NCBI GenBank assembly: GCA_019421005.1
Contig: JAHZGA010000003.1
Location: 1 to 55,324 of the forward strand
Origin: a bacterium
Lineage (GTDB): Bacteria; Bacillota_I; Bacilli_A; RF39; UBA660
Direction of reading: 5' to 3'
DNA: 55,324 nt
Positions within the stretch are counted from its first letter, which is position 1; each line of letters opens with the position of its first letter. Both the position numbers and the translations under genes were made by a program. The notes beneath the pieces are model-generated. The model saw only the letters and a program-made list of their open reading frames with translations. It was not told where the DNA came from and did not search any database. Of this stretch, positions 1 through 10,742 are shown piece after piece.

Positions 1-645
1 ATTCTTGGAGTTACTACTGAAGGATTTAAGGAAGTACTAGGAATATGGATTGGAGAAAATGAATCTGCAAAATATTGGTTAGGTACTTTAAATGAATTAA
101 AGAATCGTGGAGTCAAAGACATATTAATTATCTGTTCTGATGGATTAAAAGGAATAAATGAAGCAATTAAAGCAGTTTATCCAAGTGCTATGCAACAAAG
201 ATGTATTGTTCATTTAATTAGAAATTCTGTTAAATTTGTTTCTTATAAACACTTAAAAGAATTTTGTAATGATTTAAGAACTATATATAAATCAAATACA
301 GAAAAGGAGGCAAGAGAAAATTTAGAAAAAGTAAAAGCAAAATGGAAAGATATTTACCCAACCAGTTTAAAAGTTTGGGAAGATAATTGGGAAGCAATTT
401 GTACTTTATTCAATTATTCTAAAGAATTGAGAAGAATAATGTATACAACTAATGCTATTGAAAGTTTAAATCGTTCTTATCGAAAATATACTAAAACTAA
501 AGGTGTATTTACTAGTGATAATTCTTTAATGAAATGCTTATTTTTAGCTACTAAAAATGTAGAAAAAAAGTGGACTACTAGATACCCTAATTGGGATATG
601 ATTTATAATGAACTTAATATTTTATATCCCGAACGATTAAATTGA
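1..645 (+). CDS. IS256-family (Mutator-type) transposase, C-terminal portion; the N-terminus lies left of the window
   Basis: Frame 1 is open from base 1 (ILGVTTEGFKEVLGIWIGENESAKYW...) to the stop at 643-645. Family-typical stretches are present: LNELKNRGVKDILIICSDGLKGINEAI, QRCIVHLIRN, TTNAIESLN. Confidence 0.85.
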   Translation: MLGVTTEGFKEVLGIWIGENESAKYWLGTLNELKNRGVKDILIICSDGLKGINEAIKAVYPSAMQQRCIVHLIRNSVKFVSYKHLKEFCNDLRTIYKSNTEKEARENLEKVKAKWKDIYPTSLKVWEDNWEAICTLFNYSKELRRIMYTTNAIESLNRSYRKYTKTKGVFTSDNSLMKCLFLATKNVEKKWTTRYPNWDMIYNELNILYPERLN

Positions 646-768
646 TCTTTGAAAATTATTCAATTTATGTTATTATTATGGTAACAAAAAGAGACTGATA
701 TAATCAATCTCAAATATCTTTATTACCATGGATTGGTAACTTTACACAAAGTTTTTTACACTCTCAAT
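1..768 (+). mobile_element. Partial IS256-family insertion sequence (right end approximate, left end outside window)
   Basis: Transposase ORF plus about 120 bp downstream. The tract ggtaactttacacaaagttttttacac (about 735-761) resembles the TGTGTAAA-type terminal repeats of this family. The boundary is not verified. Confidence 0.5.
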
Positions 769-772
769 TAAA

Positions 773-794
773 AGGAAGCATTAACTTCCTTTTT
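773..794. terminator. Hairpin aggaag-cattaa-cttcct with T/A runs on both sides; likely a bidirectional terminator between the IS and rny
   Basis: 6-bp GC-containing stem at 773-790, flanked by tttt (791-794) on plus and aaaa on the other side. It lies about 50 nt downstream of the rny stop. Confidence 0.45.
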
Positions 795-841
795 GTTATT
801 AATATATTTTCATTTTTATTACAATTATATAAAAAAAGAAA

Positions 842-2395
842 CTATTTAGCTTCTTCAGTTACTCTAGTTTCTCTTATTACAGTTACCTTTATAGTACCCG
901 GATATTGCATTTCATCTTCTATTTTATTTTTAATATCTCTTGCAACTTTATAAGTTGCTACATCATCGATTTCTTCTGGTTTAACAATAACCCTTAATTC
1001 CCTACCAGCTTGAACAGCAAATGTTTTTTCAACTCCAGGAACATCCCTTGCAATATTTTCTAACTCTTGTAAACGTTTAATATAGTTTTCTAAAGAATCG
1101 TTCCTAGCGCCCGGACGTGAAGCTGATAAAGCATCAGCAATAGCAACTATTTCAGCAATAAAACTAGTTGCTTCGGTATCACCATGATGAGATTCAATTG
1201 CATTAATAACAACTGCGTTTTCTTTATATTTTCTACCAAGTTCAGCACCTAATTCAACATGACTACCTTCAATTTCATGATCAATAACTTTACCTATATC
1301 ATGTAACAATCCTGCTCTTTTAGCAAGATTTACATTCTCACCTATTTCACCTGCCAATAATCCTGATAATTGAGCAACTTCAATTGAATGTTGTAAAGCA
1401 TTTTGTCCATAACTAGTTCGATAATATAATCTACCTACTAATTTTACTAATTCAGGATCCATTTTAGTAATTCCTAATTCAAATAAAGTAGCTTCTCCTT
1501 GCTCTAAAATTTTATTATTCATTTCTTTTGTTGTTTTATCATAAAGTTCTTCAATTCTTGATGGATGAATTCTACCATCTTTGATTAAACCTTCAATCGT
1601 TACTCTAGCAATTTCCCTTCTATAAGGATCAAAACTTGATAAGACAATTGCTTCTGGAGTATCATCAATTATTAAATCTACACCTGTTACAGCTTCAATT
1701 GTTCTTATATTTCTACCCTCTCTACCAATAATTCTACCTTTCATTTCATCATTAGGTAAATTAACAACAGTGATAGTTTGTTCATTTGCAACATCTGCTG
1801 AATATCGTTGCATAGCTGAAACTAACATTGATTTAGCTTTTTTAGAAACTTCCATTTTAGCTTCAGCTTCTCTATCTTTAATATAGGCAGCTATTTCTAA
1901 ATTCATCATCTCTTCAACTTTTTTTAAAACTAACTCTCTAGCATGATTTTTTGAATAACCAGCTATACTTTCTAATAAATTAATTTGTTCTTTTTTTATT
2001 TCTTCCACTTTAGCTTGTTCGTTTTGAATATCTTTTTGCTTTTTTATTATATTATTTTCTTTTTCTTCCAACATATTTTCTCTATTTTGGAGAGTTTGAT
2101 CACGTCTATCCATATTACCTTCACGAACCAATAAACGTTCTTCAGCCTCTTTAACTTCATTCTTTTTTTCTTTTATTTCTCTTTCAGTTTCAATTTTTAG
2201 TTTATGTACTTCTTCTTTAGCTTCTAATAAATGATCTCTTTTTATTTTTTCAGCTTCTTTTTTAGCTTTTTCTATCATTGCTTCAGCATTTTTAGAAGCC
2301 ATATTACCTTTAAAATAATTAATTAAAAACATTATAATAATTCCGACAAAAAGTCCAATTAGGACAAGTAAAATGGAAAGACTTATATTATCCAT
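842..2395 (-). CDS. rny: Ribonuclease Y
   Basis: N-terminal TM and a long charged coiled coil. KH motif [12 protein letters not shown] and HD motif HSIEVA...LLHDIGK. recA-rny adjacency as in Bacillus. Confidence 0.95.
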   Translation of the reverse strand: MDNISLSILLVLIGLFVGIIIMFLINYFKGNMASKNAEAMIEKAKKEAEKIKRDHLLEAKEEVHKLKIETEREIKEKKNEVKEAEERLLVREGNMDRRDQTLQNRENMLEEKENNIIKKQKDIQNEQAKVEEIKKEQINLLESIAGYSKNHARELVLKKVEEMMNLEIAAYIKDREAEAKMEVSKKAKSMLVSAMQRYSADVANEQTITVVNLPNDEMKGRIIGREGRNIRTIEAVTGVDLIIDDTPEAIVLSSFDPYRREIARVTIEGLIKDGRIHPSRIEELYDKTTKEMNNKILEQGEATLFELGITKMDPELVKLVGRLYYRTSYGQNALQHSIEVAQLSGLLAGEIGENVNLAKRAGLLHDIGKVIDHEIEGSHVELGAELGRKYKENAVVINAIESHHGDTEATSFIAEIVAIADALSASRPGARNDSLENYIKRLQELENIARDVPGVEKTFAVQAGRELRVIVKPEEIDDVATYKVARDIKNKIEDEMQYPGTIKVTVIRETRVTEEAK

Positions 2396-2482
2396 TTCAT
2401 TCCTCCATTTTCTAACAGTAAAAATCTTACTAATACTATTTTAATGTTTATTTATCAATAAGTCAAGTTAAAAATAAAGCTC

Positions 2483-2520
2483 AAAAAAAATAACCACTTC
2501 AATTTTGCTATGAAATGATT
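2483..2520 (-). terminator. Intrinsic terminator downstream of recA
   Basis: Minus strand AATCATTTCA-loop-TGAAGTGGTT (10 bp with two G-U pairs) followed by T8. Confidence 0.6.
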
Positions 2521-2538
2521 ACTTTTTAATTAATAAAA

Positions 2539-3564
2539 CTATTTTTTAGTTTCTTCTTTTGCAGGACTTTTTTTAGTGGAAATATCATAAAATTCTCGAA
2601 CTTTATTTTCTATTTCTTGACAAACTTTAGGATTGTTTTTTAAATACTCTTTGACATTTTCTTTTCCCTGTCCAATTTTCTCTCCCTTATAAGCATACCA
2701 AGCACCACTTTTATCCATTATATTAGCATTGCTAGCTAAATCAACAAGTTCTCCTGTTTTTGATACTCCTTCACCATACATAATTTCAACTGTTGTTGCT
2801 TTAAATGGTGGAGCCATTTTATTTTTAACTACTTTAATATTAGTTTTATTACCAATAACATCAGTACCTTGTTTTATTGCTTCACCTTTTCTTATATCAA
2901 GTCTTATTGAAGCATAAAATTTTAAAGCCCTTCCACCTGAAGTTACTTCAGGATTTCCAAATATTACCCCTACTTTTTCTCTTAATTGATTAATAAAAAT
3001 TGCTGTTGTATTAGTTTTATTGATAATTCCAGATAATTTTCTTAAAGCTTGGCTCATTAATCTTGCTTGAAGTCCAACATGAGCATCACCCATTTCACCT
3101 TCTATTTCGGCTTGTGGTACTAAAGCTGCTACTGAATCAATTACAATAACACTTATTGAGCCACTTCTAATTAAGGCTTCAGCTATTTCTAGGGCTTGTT
3201 CTCCGTTATCAGGTTGAGATAATAATAATTCATTAATATTAACACCTAATTTTTCTGCATATTGTGGATCTAATGAATGTTCAGCATCAATAAAGGCAGC
3301 TGTTCCACCTTTTTTTTGAGCTTCAGCAATTGCATGCAATGCAAAAGTTGTTTTACCACTTGATTCTGGTCCAAATATTTCAATAATTCTTCCTTTAGGA
3401 TATCCACCGATACCTAAAGCTATATCTAATGATAAAGAACCTGATGGTATAACATCAATTTCACGATGTTCATTTGTTCCTAATTTCATAACAGAGCCTT
3501 TACCAAATTGTTTTTCAATATCAACTAATACTTGTTCTAATGTTTTATCACTTGTTTTTGCCAT
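2539..3564 (-). CDS. recA: Recombinase RecA
   Basis: Walker [10 protein letters not shown] and full-length RecA sequence pattern ([22 protein letters not shown]). Confidence 0.98.
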   Translation of the reverse strand: MAKTSDKTLEQVLVDIEKQFGKGSVMKLGTNEHREIDVIPSGSLSLDIALGIGGYPKGRIIEIFGPESSGKTTFALHAIAEAQKKGGTAAFIDAEHSLDPQYAEKLGVNINELLLSQPDNGEQALEIAEALIRSGSISVIVIDSVAALVPQAEIEGEMGDAHVGLQARLMSQALRKLSGIINKTNTTAIFINQLREKVGVIFGNPEVTSGGRALKFYASIRLDIRKGEAIKQGTDVIGNKTNIKVVKNKMAPPFKATTVEIMYGEGVSKTGELVDLASNANIMDKSGAWYAYKGEKIGQGKENVKEYLKNNPKVCQEIENKVREFYDISTKKSPAKEETKK

Positions 3565-3592
3565 TTACTATCCTCCTATTTCTTACATAATC

Positions 3593-3621
3593 ATTGTATC
3601 TTATTTTTTAATGGATGTCAA
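3593..3621 (-). promoter_or_regulatory. Sigma-A type promoter of recA (TTGACA-17-TACAAT)
   Basis: Minus strand TTGACA (3621-3616), 17-nt spacer, TACAAT (3598-3593), about 30 nt upstream of the recA SD AGGAGG. Confidence 0.6.
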
Positions 3622-3630
3622 TACTTTTAG

Positions 3631-3643
3631 CGAACATTCGTTT
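3631..3643 (-). promoter_or_regulatory. Candidate LexA (Cheo/SOS) box upstream of the recA promoter
   Basis: cgaacattcgttt matches the Gram-positive GAAC-N4-GTTC core with one mismatch (GTTT). It lies 10 nt upstream of the -35. Confidence 0.5.
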
Positions 3644-3752
3644 AAGTAAATTTGTGGTAATTTTTTATCAAAAAAAGCTTATTTGTTATTATAATATCCT
3701 AAATCTGAATATCATAATTTGCAAATAAGCTTATTTTGCTAATTTTAATTTT

Positions 3753-4364
3753 TTAAACATCTACCATTTCAGGTTTATCAAATATTAATTTTTTATTCAT
3801 ATAGTAATATTGAAAACCAGAAACAAGCGACATAATTGCAGCAATTACAAGTAATAAATCAGCTACTTTTAAATTCCATAATTCAAAAGGCATATTATAG
3901 AATAGTGTTAAAACAATTCCTACCATTAATAAAGCAGTTTTAATTTTACCACTTTTAATTGCAGCCACTACTTTACCTTTACTACCAGCTATCATTTTAA
4001 TTGAATTAACAACAGTATCACGCATAATAATTATAATTGGAATTATTGGATGAATAAATCCTGTTGAAGCTAAAATAATTAAAACTGAATTAACTAAAAT
4101 TTTATCAGCAATAGCATCCATCATTTTTCCAAAGTCAGTTACTAAATTATATTTTCTAGCTATGTACCCATCAACAAAATCAGTTAATGAAGCTATTATA
4201 AATAATACTCCAGCAATTAAATATTTAATTTCAATTACAATTGTTTCATTAACATAAATAGTTGGTAAATTAATTCCAGCTGAATCAAAAGGGAATATTA
4301 AAAGTGCGATTATAAAAATTGCTAAAATCATTCTAAAAATAGTTATTTTATTTGGTAAATTCAT
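3753..4364 (-). CDS. pgsA: CDP-diacylglycerol--glycerol-3-phosphate 3-phosphatidyltransferase
   Basis: CDP-alcohol phosphatidyltransferase motif DFVDGYIARKYNLVTDFGKMMDAIADK. Start moved to the ATG at 4364 (MNLPNKITIFR), which has SD AGGAG 6 nt upstream. Confidence 0.9.
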   Translation of the reverse strand: MNLPNKITIFRMILAIFIIALLIFPFDSAGINLPTIYVNETIVIEIKYLIAGVLFIIASLTDFVDGYIARKYNLVTDFGKMMDAIADKILVNSVLIILASTGFIHPIIPIIIIMRDTVVNSIKMIAGSKGKVVAAIKSGKIKTALLMVGIVLTLFYNMPFELWNLKVADLLLVIAAIMSLVSGFQYYYMNKKLIFDKPEMVDV

Positions 4365-4371
4365 AATTCTC

Positions 4372-4854
4372 CTACTTTCCTTCTTCGCTGATAACTGTTC
4401 CTTCAACAAAATTATCATCTTGAACTAATGAAACCACAAAATATGCTATAATCATTAGTAAAACAATAATAATGGCATAAATAACAGTTGGCGAAATAAT
4501 AATTTGACTTTTTCTTTCAATTGTATAAGGTGAAGCTATCTTTTTTTGTTCATTCTTTTTTTTGCTTTCTACTTTCTTTTTTGCTTTCTTTATATCATCT
4601 AATGAAATTTTAGATGTATAATCAAATAAATATTCATTAAATTCATCAACTAAATCTTCATATTTTAATCCTAAATATTTAGCATAATCTCTAATAAAAT
4701 ATTTTAAATAAAATATATCTTTAAAAGCATCCATGTTGCCATTTTCTATATTTTCAATCTGACTAGGACGTAATTTTAAATCATTAGCAGCCTCATCGAT
4801 TGAAATTCCCATATTTTCTCGGGCCTCTTTTAAAGTTTCACCAATTTCCTTCAT
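4372..4854 (-). CDS. RodZ/YmfM-like membrane protein with an N-terminal XRE-type HTH
   Basis: HTH MGISIDEAANDLKLRPSQIENIENG and a single TM near the C-terminus. It sits directly upstream of pgsA, as ymfM (rodZ) does in Bacillus. Confidence 0.7.
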   Translation of the reverse strand: MKEIGETLKEARENMGISIDEAANDLKLRPSQIENIENGNMDAFKDIFYLKYFIRDYAKYLGLKYEDLVDEFNEYLFDYTSKISLDDIKKAKKKVESKKKNEQKKIASPYTIERKSQIIISPTVIYAIIIVLLMIIAYFVVSLVQDDNFVEGTVISEEGK

Positions 4855-4875
4855 GTTTCACCTCAAATCAATAAT

Positions 4876-5223
4876 AATATTTTATAAGCCATGTTCTGTA
4901 CCTATTTCTAGGCGACAAACATCTATCTATGAATTAAATTCATCCCATAACCAGTTCTTATTCCCAGTTATTAGGCTCCCCTACCATAATTTGGGTTTCT
5001 CGCTCGTGGGGTTTACCGCGTTCCACTTTTTTAATTTCTTAAAAAAATCGTCACTATGGCACTTTATGTCTAATTTGACCATATCAATGACTTAGGTCAT
5101 TTCGACGCCGTTAGTTAAAAACTACCATAAGTTATTTTTTCCTTATGCACGAACACTACCATCATCACAGATGGTGCGAGCATGGACTTTCCTCTATATT
5201 TCTATAGCGTTTGTCAAAATATT
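4876..5223 (-). ncRNA. rnpB: RNase P RNA, type B (Bacillus-like)
   Basis: The minus strand carries universal and type-B blocks: GAGGAAAGTCCATGCTCGCAC, AAAGTGCCATAGTGACG, GTGGAACGCGGTAAACCCCACGAGCGAGAAACCCAAAT..GGTAGGGG, ATAGATAGATG..TGTCGCC, ACAGAACATGGCTTA. P1 can form between AATATTTT (5' end) and AAAATATT (3' end). Ends are accurate to about 5 nt. Confidence 0.9.
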
Positions 5224-5545
5224 AATTATCTCCATAAATTATTTTTTCTAAATTAGATAGTCTCCTTAGTACATCCGAACTATTTGCATCACTTGAACCA
5301 CTATCTTTTAAAACATCAAGTTTTGTTCTTAACATTCTAATTTCTTGTTTTAAATGCATATTATCTTCTAATAAAGATTTTTTATCATTATCCAGTTCTT
5401 TTATAATAGATATCATCTCTTCATAATCTCTAATAATTACATCTAAAAATTTATCAACCTCTTGTGGTCTATATCCTCTTGTGTCAATTTTAAATTCTTT
5501 TTCCAAGATATCTTTAACTGTAAGCAATATTCGCTCTTGGTACAT
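5222..5545 (-). CDS. gpsB: Cell-cycle protein GpsB (DivIVA-domain protein)
   Basis: DivIVA-type N-terminus ILEKEFKIDTRGYRPQEVDKFLDVIIRDYE and GpsB-type C-terminus LRRLSNLEKIIYG. SD GAGGTGGGAG. Neighbours are rnpB and recU-ponA, as in Bacillus. Confidence 0.85.
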   Translation of the reverse strand: MYQERILLTVKDILEKEFKIDTRGYRPQEVDKFLDVIIRDYEEMISIIKELDNDKKSLLEDNMHLKQEIRMLRTKLDVLKDSGSSDANSSDVLRRLSNLEKIIYGDN

Positions 5546-5867
5546 ATTCTCCCACCTCTTTTTTATCCAATATTATTTTCTCAAAAATAATCATATTTGT
5601 CAATTATTTAAAATAAAAAACAGGTTGTTAGTTAAACCTATTTTTAAATATTATTAAATTAGTCGTAATTTTTAAATAACATAAATCATCAAACATTTCC
5701 TTATAAATTTCATCAATATCGTTATTCATTTTCCACCTCTATTATAATTTATATCACATAAAACTAGATAATTCATGCTTTTCGACAAAACTAGTTAATT
5801 CTTTTTATTAACAAAACTTTTACATAAAAGGTAGAAAAAATTTTATAATTATAGTATAATATGGTAG

Positions 5868-6446
5868 GTGATAATCTTGAGTAATACAAAAGGAAATTTA
5901 AACACTATTTATGGAAATCGTGGTATGGGACTTGAAAATGATTTAAACGAAACTAATAAATATTACTTAATTCATGATATAGCTGTTATCCATAAAAAAC
6001 CAACTCATATCACTATAAAAAAAGTTGATTATCGTGGTAAATATGATGCCAAAATTGAGGAAGCATATTTTAAAACACCATCAACCACTGATTATAATGG
6101 TATTTATAAAGGAAAATATATTGATTTTGAAGCCAAAGAAACAAAATTAAAATCCTCTTTTCCAATTAATAATATTCATGCTCATCAAATAATACATTTA
6201 AAAAAAATTATCAAACATGGTGGAATTGGATTTATTATTGTTAGATTTACAACCTTAAATTTAACTTTTCTTTTAGAGGCAAAAGAACTAATTAATTTTA
6301 TAGAAACTAATGACCGAAAATCAATTCCTTTAGATTATTTTGAAAAAAAAGGTTTTCTAATTAAAGATAAATATTGTCCACGAGTTGATTATTTAAAAGT
6401 TGTTGATAAATTAATAGAAGGAGTAAGTTATGAAAAAATATATTAA
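5868..6446 (+). CDS. recU: Holliday junction resolvase RecU
   Basis: [48 protein letters not shown] closely follows the Bacillus RecU pattern. The track start 5868 is GTG. TTG at 5877, preceded by AGGTGA, is an equally plausible start. Confidence 0.9.
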   Translation: MIILSNTKGNLNTIYGNRGMGLENDLNETNKYYLIHDIAVIHKKPTHITIKKVDYRGKYDAKIEEAYFKTPSTTDYNGIYKGKYIDFEAKETKLKSSFPINNIHAHQIIHLKKIIKHGGIGFIIVRFTTLNLTFLLEAKELINFIETNDRKSIPLDYFEKKGFLIKDKYCPRVDYLKVVDKLIEGVSYEKIY

Positions 6447-9402
6447 ATATTTAAAGAATTTTTGTAAAAATTTAAAGAGTATAATTTTAAAAAATAAATT
6501 TCAAAGTATTATGGTTTTTATCAATTTATTGGTTTTTATTCTCTTTTGCATTAAAACTAACATTTTAGTAGCTTTATTGATTTTTATTATCTTGAATTCT
6601 TTATTATATGGTGTAATGTTTTTTAAAAATAAAATTACATCAACTAATAATAAAAAGTCTAAAAATGATATTAAGAAATCTAAAAACAAGGTAAAAAAAT
6701 CTAAAGATGATGATATAGAAATATTTGATAAAATTGAAAATAAAAAGAAGGAAATGAAAACTATGAAAAAAAAGAAGAAAAAGAAAAAAGGTAATAAAGT
6801 TGGACGTATTATTTTATTAACTTTACTAGGAATTGGTATTTTCCTAATTTTAATATTTATTGCTTTAATGGTTTATATTATGATTAAAGCTCCTAAATTT
6901 GATGAAAAAAATCTATATCATCAAGAGTCAAGTATTCTTTATGATAATAAGGGTGAAGAATTAACAAAATTAGGTAGTGAAAGACGAGAAATAATTGATT
7001 ATGATGAATTACCAGAAGTTTTAATTGATGCCATTATTGCAACTGAAGATTCAAGATTTTTCCAACATAACGGTTTTGACCTGCCAAGATTTTTAAAAGC
7101 TTCTGTTGGTCAAGTACTTGGACGTAATTCTGGTGGTGCTTCTACTTTAACTATGCAAGTGGTTAAAAATCACTTTACTTCTACTGAAGCATCTGGTATT
7201 AAGGGAATTATTAGAAAATTTACTGATATTTATATGGCTATATTTAAAGTAGAAAAGAAATATACAAAACAAGAAATAATAGAATTTTATGTTAATTCCA
7301 ATTATTTAGGTGGAAGTGCTTATGGTGTTGAACAAGCATGTATTAACTATTTTGGAAAAAGTGCGAAAGATATCAACCTTTCAGAAGCTGCTGTTATTGC
7401 TGGTTTATTCCAAGCTCCAGGTACATATGATCCATATATAAATCCTGATTTAACTAAAGAAAGAAGATCAACTGTATTATATTTAATGGAAAAACATGGA
7501 TATATAACTGAAGAAGAAAGAAAAGAAGCGGAAAAAATTGAAATTGCTGATATGTTAACTAGTAAAACTTCTCCAAGTGATAATAAATATCAAGGTTTTA
7601 TTGATACTGTTGTTGCTGATGTTGAAGAAATTACTGGTTATAATCCTTATTCTGTTTCTATGGAAATATATACAACTATGGATAGAGAAAAACAAGATTA
7701 TTTAAATGGTATTGTTAATGGGGAAACATTTAATTGGGAAAACGATGCTGTTGATACTGGTATTGCTGTAGTTGATGTTAATACTGGTGAATTAGCTGCC
7801 GTTGGTACTGGTCGTAATAATACTGGCGAACTTAGCTTTAATAATGCTACTATGGCTAATCGTCAAATTGGTTCAACTGCTAAACCTTTATTTGATTATG
7901 CTCCTGCTATTGAATATGAAGATTGGTCAACTTATAATCTAGTTGTTGATGAACCTTATCACTATTCTGATGGAAATAATATTCAAAACTGGGATGGAAG
8001 TTATAATGGACTTATGACTGCCCGTGAAGCATTACGTAAATCACGTAATATTCCTGCTTTAAAAGCTTTCCAAGCTGTTGATAATAGTAAAATTAAAGAA
8101 TTTGTTACAAGTTTAGGATTACATCCTGAAGTAAGTAGTGATGGAACTATTCATGAAGCTCACTCTATCGGTGGATATACTGGTGAATCACCTTTAAATG
8201 TTGCAGCTGCTTATGCTTCTTTTGCAAACGGTGGTTACTATGTTAAACCTCATAGTTTCAGTAAAATAGTTTACCGTTCAAGTAAAAAAACTTATGAATA
8301 TAAAAAATCTAAAACTAAAGTTATGGGAGAAGATACAGCTTATATGGTAGCTGATATGCTAGTTAGTACTCCATCTTATGCCCTTGGTGCTTATGCCAAT
8401 GTAAATGGTCTACCTTATGGAGCTAAAACTGGTACAAGTAACTTCTCTGATGATACTTTTGAAAAATACAACTTACCATACGGTGCAGTTAATGATTTAT
8501 GGGTTGCTGGTATTAATACTGAATACTCTATTACAGTTTGGTATGGTTATGAAAAGATAAATAATCAATATGTTAGTAAAATGGGAACTGCTGAACATAT
8601 GCGTTTATTCCAAGCAGTTGCTAAAGGTATGTTTACTTCTAATAAAAAGTTTACAAAACCAAGTAGTGTTGTTTCATCTAAAGTTGAATTTGGTACAGTT
8701 CCAGCTCAATTACCTAGTCAATATACACCTGATAGTTTAATTCTTACCGAGTTATTTAAATCTGGTACTGAACCTACAGCAACATCAAAACGTTATTCTC
8801 AAGCTGATAAACCAACAAATTTAAAAGCTTCAGTTAAAGGAGAAGAAGTTACACTTTCATGGCAAGCTCCTGCGAGTGCGAACAATTCAAATAATTTAGC
8901 ATCTATTTTCTCTGATAAATCAGCTTATAATTCTTTCGTTAATAATTATGGTGCGGTTGGTGATTTAGTTTATAATGTTTATTTAAAATCTGGTGGTGGC
9001 TTAACTTTATTGACAACTACAAGTAAAACTTCATTTGTTCATACTCCTAGTGAGTCTGGTACATATACTTATGTTGTTAAAGCAATGTACTCTAACTCTG
9101 CTAAAAGTGAAAGTAGTGGTGCGGAAGTTTCAGCTAAAGTTAATGTTGCAGCAAAAGAAATATCGATAACTTTAAAAGGTAGCAGTTCTATATCTTTAAA
9201 AGTTGGAGATACTTATGATGATCCTGGAATTATTGTTATGTGTAATGGAAAAGATGTAACTAGTTCTTCAGAGATTAGCATTGATGATTCTTTTGATACT
9301 AATACTCCTGGTACTTATACAGTTACCTACACTGCTTATTATAACGGCGCGAGTAAAACGGCAACAAGAGAAGTTGTCGTTGAAGATAAAGACGGAGAAT
9401 AA
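6430..9402 (+). CDS. ponA: Class A penicillin-binding protein 1A (transglycosylase/transpeptidase) with C-terminal Fn3-like and Ig-like domains
   Basis: Glycosyltransferase motifs [12 protein letters not shown] and GASTLTMQ. Transpeptidase motifs STAKP, SRN, KTGT. SD AGGAG 6 nt before the ATG at 6430. It overlaps the recU stop. Confidence 0.95.
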   Translation: MKKYIKYLKNFCKNLKSIILKNKFQSIMVFINLLVFILFCIKTNILVALLIFIILNSLLYGVMFFKNKITSTNNKKSKNDIKKSKNKVKKSKDDDIEIFDKIENKKKEMKTMKKKKKKKKGNKVGRIILLTLLGIGIFLILIFIALMVYIMIKAPKFDEKNLYHQESSILYDNKGEELTKLGSERREIIDYDELPEVLIDAIIATEDSRFFQHNGFDLPRFLKASVGQVLGRNSGGASTLTMQVVKNHFTSTEASGIKGIIRKFTDIYMAIFKVEKKYTKQEIIEFYVNSNYLGGSAYGVEQACINYFGKSAKDINLSEAAVIAGLFQAPGTYDPYINPDLTKERRSTVLYLMEKHGYITEEERKEAEKIEIADMLTSKTSPSDNKYQGFIDTVVADVEEITGYNPYSVSMEIYTTMDREKQDYLNGIVNGETFNWENDAVDTGIAVVDVNTGELAAVGTGRNNTGELSFNNATMANRQIGSTAKPLFDYAPAIEYEDWSTYNLVVDEPYHYSDGNNIQNWDGSYNGLMTAREALRKSRNIPALKAFQAVDNSKIKEFVTSLGLHPEVSSDGTIHEAHSIGGYTGESPLNVAAAYASFANGGYYVKPHSFSKIVYRSSKKTYEYKKSKTKVMGEDTAYMVADMLVSTPSYALGAYANVNGLPYGAKTGTSNFSDDTFEKYNLPYGAVNDLWVAGINTEYSITVWYGYEKINNQYVSKMGTAEHMRLFQAVAKGMFTSNKKFTKPSSVVSSKVEFGTVPAQLPSQYTPDSLILTELFKSGTEPTATSKRYSQADKPTNLKASVKGEEVTLSWQAPASANNSNNLASIFSDKSAYNSFVNNYGAVGDLVYNVYLKSGGGLTLLTTTSKTSFVHTPSESGTYTYVVKAMYSNSAKSESSGAEVSAKVNVAAKEISITLKGSSSISLKVGDTYDDPGIIVMCNGKDVTSSSEISIDDSFDTNTPGTYTVTYTAYYNGASKTATREVVVEDKDGE

Positions 9403-9423
9403 AAAAAGTACTCTATTGATTTG

Positions 9424-9453
9424 AACCTTGTTTCTTAAGAAACGAGGTTTTTC
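9424..9453. terminator. Bidirectional intrinsic terminator between convergent ponA and nth
   Basis: aaccttgtttc-ttaa-gaaacgaggtt (11-bp stem, one G-T pair) followed by ttttt. An A-run precedes it, so it can work on both strands. Confidence 0.7.
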
Positions 9454-9454
9454 A

Positions 9455-10066
9455 TTAAAGTACTTTTTTATTACAAATATCATTTAGTTTACAATTATGA
9501 CATTTAGGATTAATAGCTTTACAATAGTATCTACCAAATAAAACTAACCTATGATGTAATTTAGAAAAATCTTCATCACTAAAAAATTGATATAATTTCT
9601 TTTCAACTTCTAATGGTGAATCATTAATATCCGCTATTTTTAATCTTACACTTACCCTTTTTACATGGGTATCAACCGCAATACAATTTTCATTAAATAA
9701 GTTACTTAATACCACATTTGCAGTTTTTCTTCCTACTCCTGGTAGTGATTCTAGATACTCACGATTATTAGGTACTGAAGAGTTACATTCTATAACTAAT
9801 CTGGAAGCAATTTCTTTAATATTTAAAGATTTTTTATGATATGTTCCTACTGGTTTAATAATATTTTCTATATCAGTAATAGGAGCATTTTTTAATTCTA
9901 ATAAAGTAGGATATTTATTAAATAGAATATCCCCTACTTTATTAACTATTTTATCAGTTGTTCTTGCACTTAACATAACTTTAATTAATAGTTGATAATC
10001 TTTTTCATATGTTAATTCACATTTAGGATCAGGAATTAATTTTGTTAAATAATCAGTTATGTTCAT
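9455..10066 (-). CDS. nth: Endonuclease III
   Basis: HhH-GPD motif LPGVGRKTANVVL and C-terminal 4Fe-4S cluster CKAINPKCHNCKLNDIC. Confidence 0.95.
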   Translation of the reverse strand: MNITDYLTKLIPDPKCELTYEKDYQLLIKVMLSARTTDKIVNKVGDILFNKYPTLLELKNAPITDIENIIKPVGTYHKKSLNIKEIASRLVIECNSSVPNNREYLESLPGVGRKTANVVLSNLFNENCIAVDTHVKRVSVRLKIADINDSPLEVEKKLYQFFSDEDFSKLHHRLVLFGRYYCKAINPKCHNCKLNDICNKKVL

Positions 10067-10679
10067 TTAACCAATCATAATCAAAAGTATCAATTTTAAC
10101 TGATGATTTTGGCTTTCTTTTTTGATTAATTAAATCTTTTTCACTTTTAATTCCTTTTTTTTGCCATTCGTGAATTATTTTATCAATATATCTTAAATTA
10201 GATACCCCATTATAAACAGCTTCTTTTAAGGCAAGAGTAATTATTTGTTCATTATTATTTTCTAACCAACTATTAATAAGTTCATATTCAATTGGCGATA
10301 AGGTACGGCCAAATTCTTTTTCAAATTTGTCAAAAATAGTGCTTTGTTTTTTTTCTACATTATTATCCATAATTATAAATGCTAATTTATTATATAGACC
10401 TTCAAGATTAGTTTGTTCTTCTCTAATATTTCCTTTTTTCTTTAATTCAAGTTTTATTAATCCTTTTTCACTCAAATTATTAATTATTTCTAAAGTATCT
10501 GTTAAAGTTAAACTTAAATAATCACTAATGGCTTTGGGATTAAAAGTAGAATCATTATTAATTAAATAAATAATAATTAATAGTTCTATTTCCTTTAATT
10601 CAAGTTTCTTATAATTCATTATTAATATTTCTGGTATTACTAAATTTTTACTTTTTAATATATTTATAATATGTTTCAT
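10053..10679 (-). CDS. dnaD: DnaD-domain replication initiation / membrane attachment protein
   Basis: C-terminal DnaD/DnaB_2 domain pattern (LSPIEYELINSWL..., LRYIDKIIHEWQKKGIKS). dnaD-nth adjacency as in Bacillus. Confidence 0.85.
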   Translation of the reverse strand: MKHIINILKSKNLVIPEILIMNYKKLELKEIELLIIIYLINNDSTFNPKAISDYLSLTLTDTLEIINNLSEKGLIKLELKKKGNIREEQTNLEGLYNKLAFIIMDNNVEKKQSTIFDKFEKEFGRTLSPIEYELINSWLENNNEQIITLALKEAVYNGVSNLRYIDKIIHEWQKKGIKSEKDLINQKRKPKSSVKIDTFDYDWLNEHN

Positions 10680-10742
10680 AGTAAATAATCCTCTCTAAAT
10701 CTTCATAATAAATATTATACAACAATTTGTTTTCTTTGTATA

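Noticed and set aside
3671-3739. Paired aagcttatttg / caaataagctt inverted repeats between pgsA and recA, a possible pgsA terminator
   Set aside because: The 11-bp arms are separated by a loop of about 35 nt, and each arm is also locally palindromic. I could not decide on a fold without an energy calculation, so it is not called as a feature.
4853-5095. 80-aa plus-strand ORF
   Set aside because: It overlaps the RNase P RNA gene on the opposite strand. The conserved RNA motifs explain the region.
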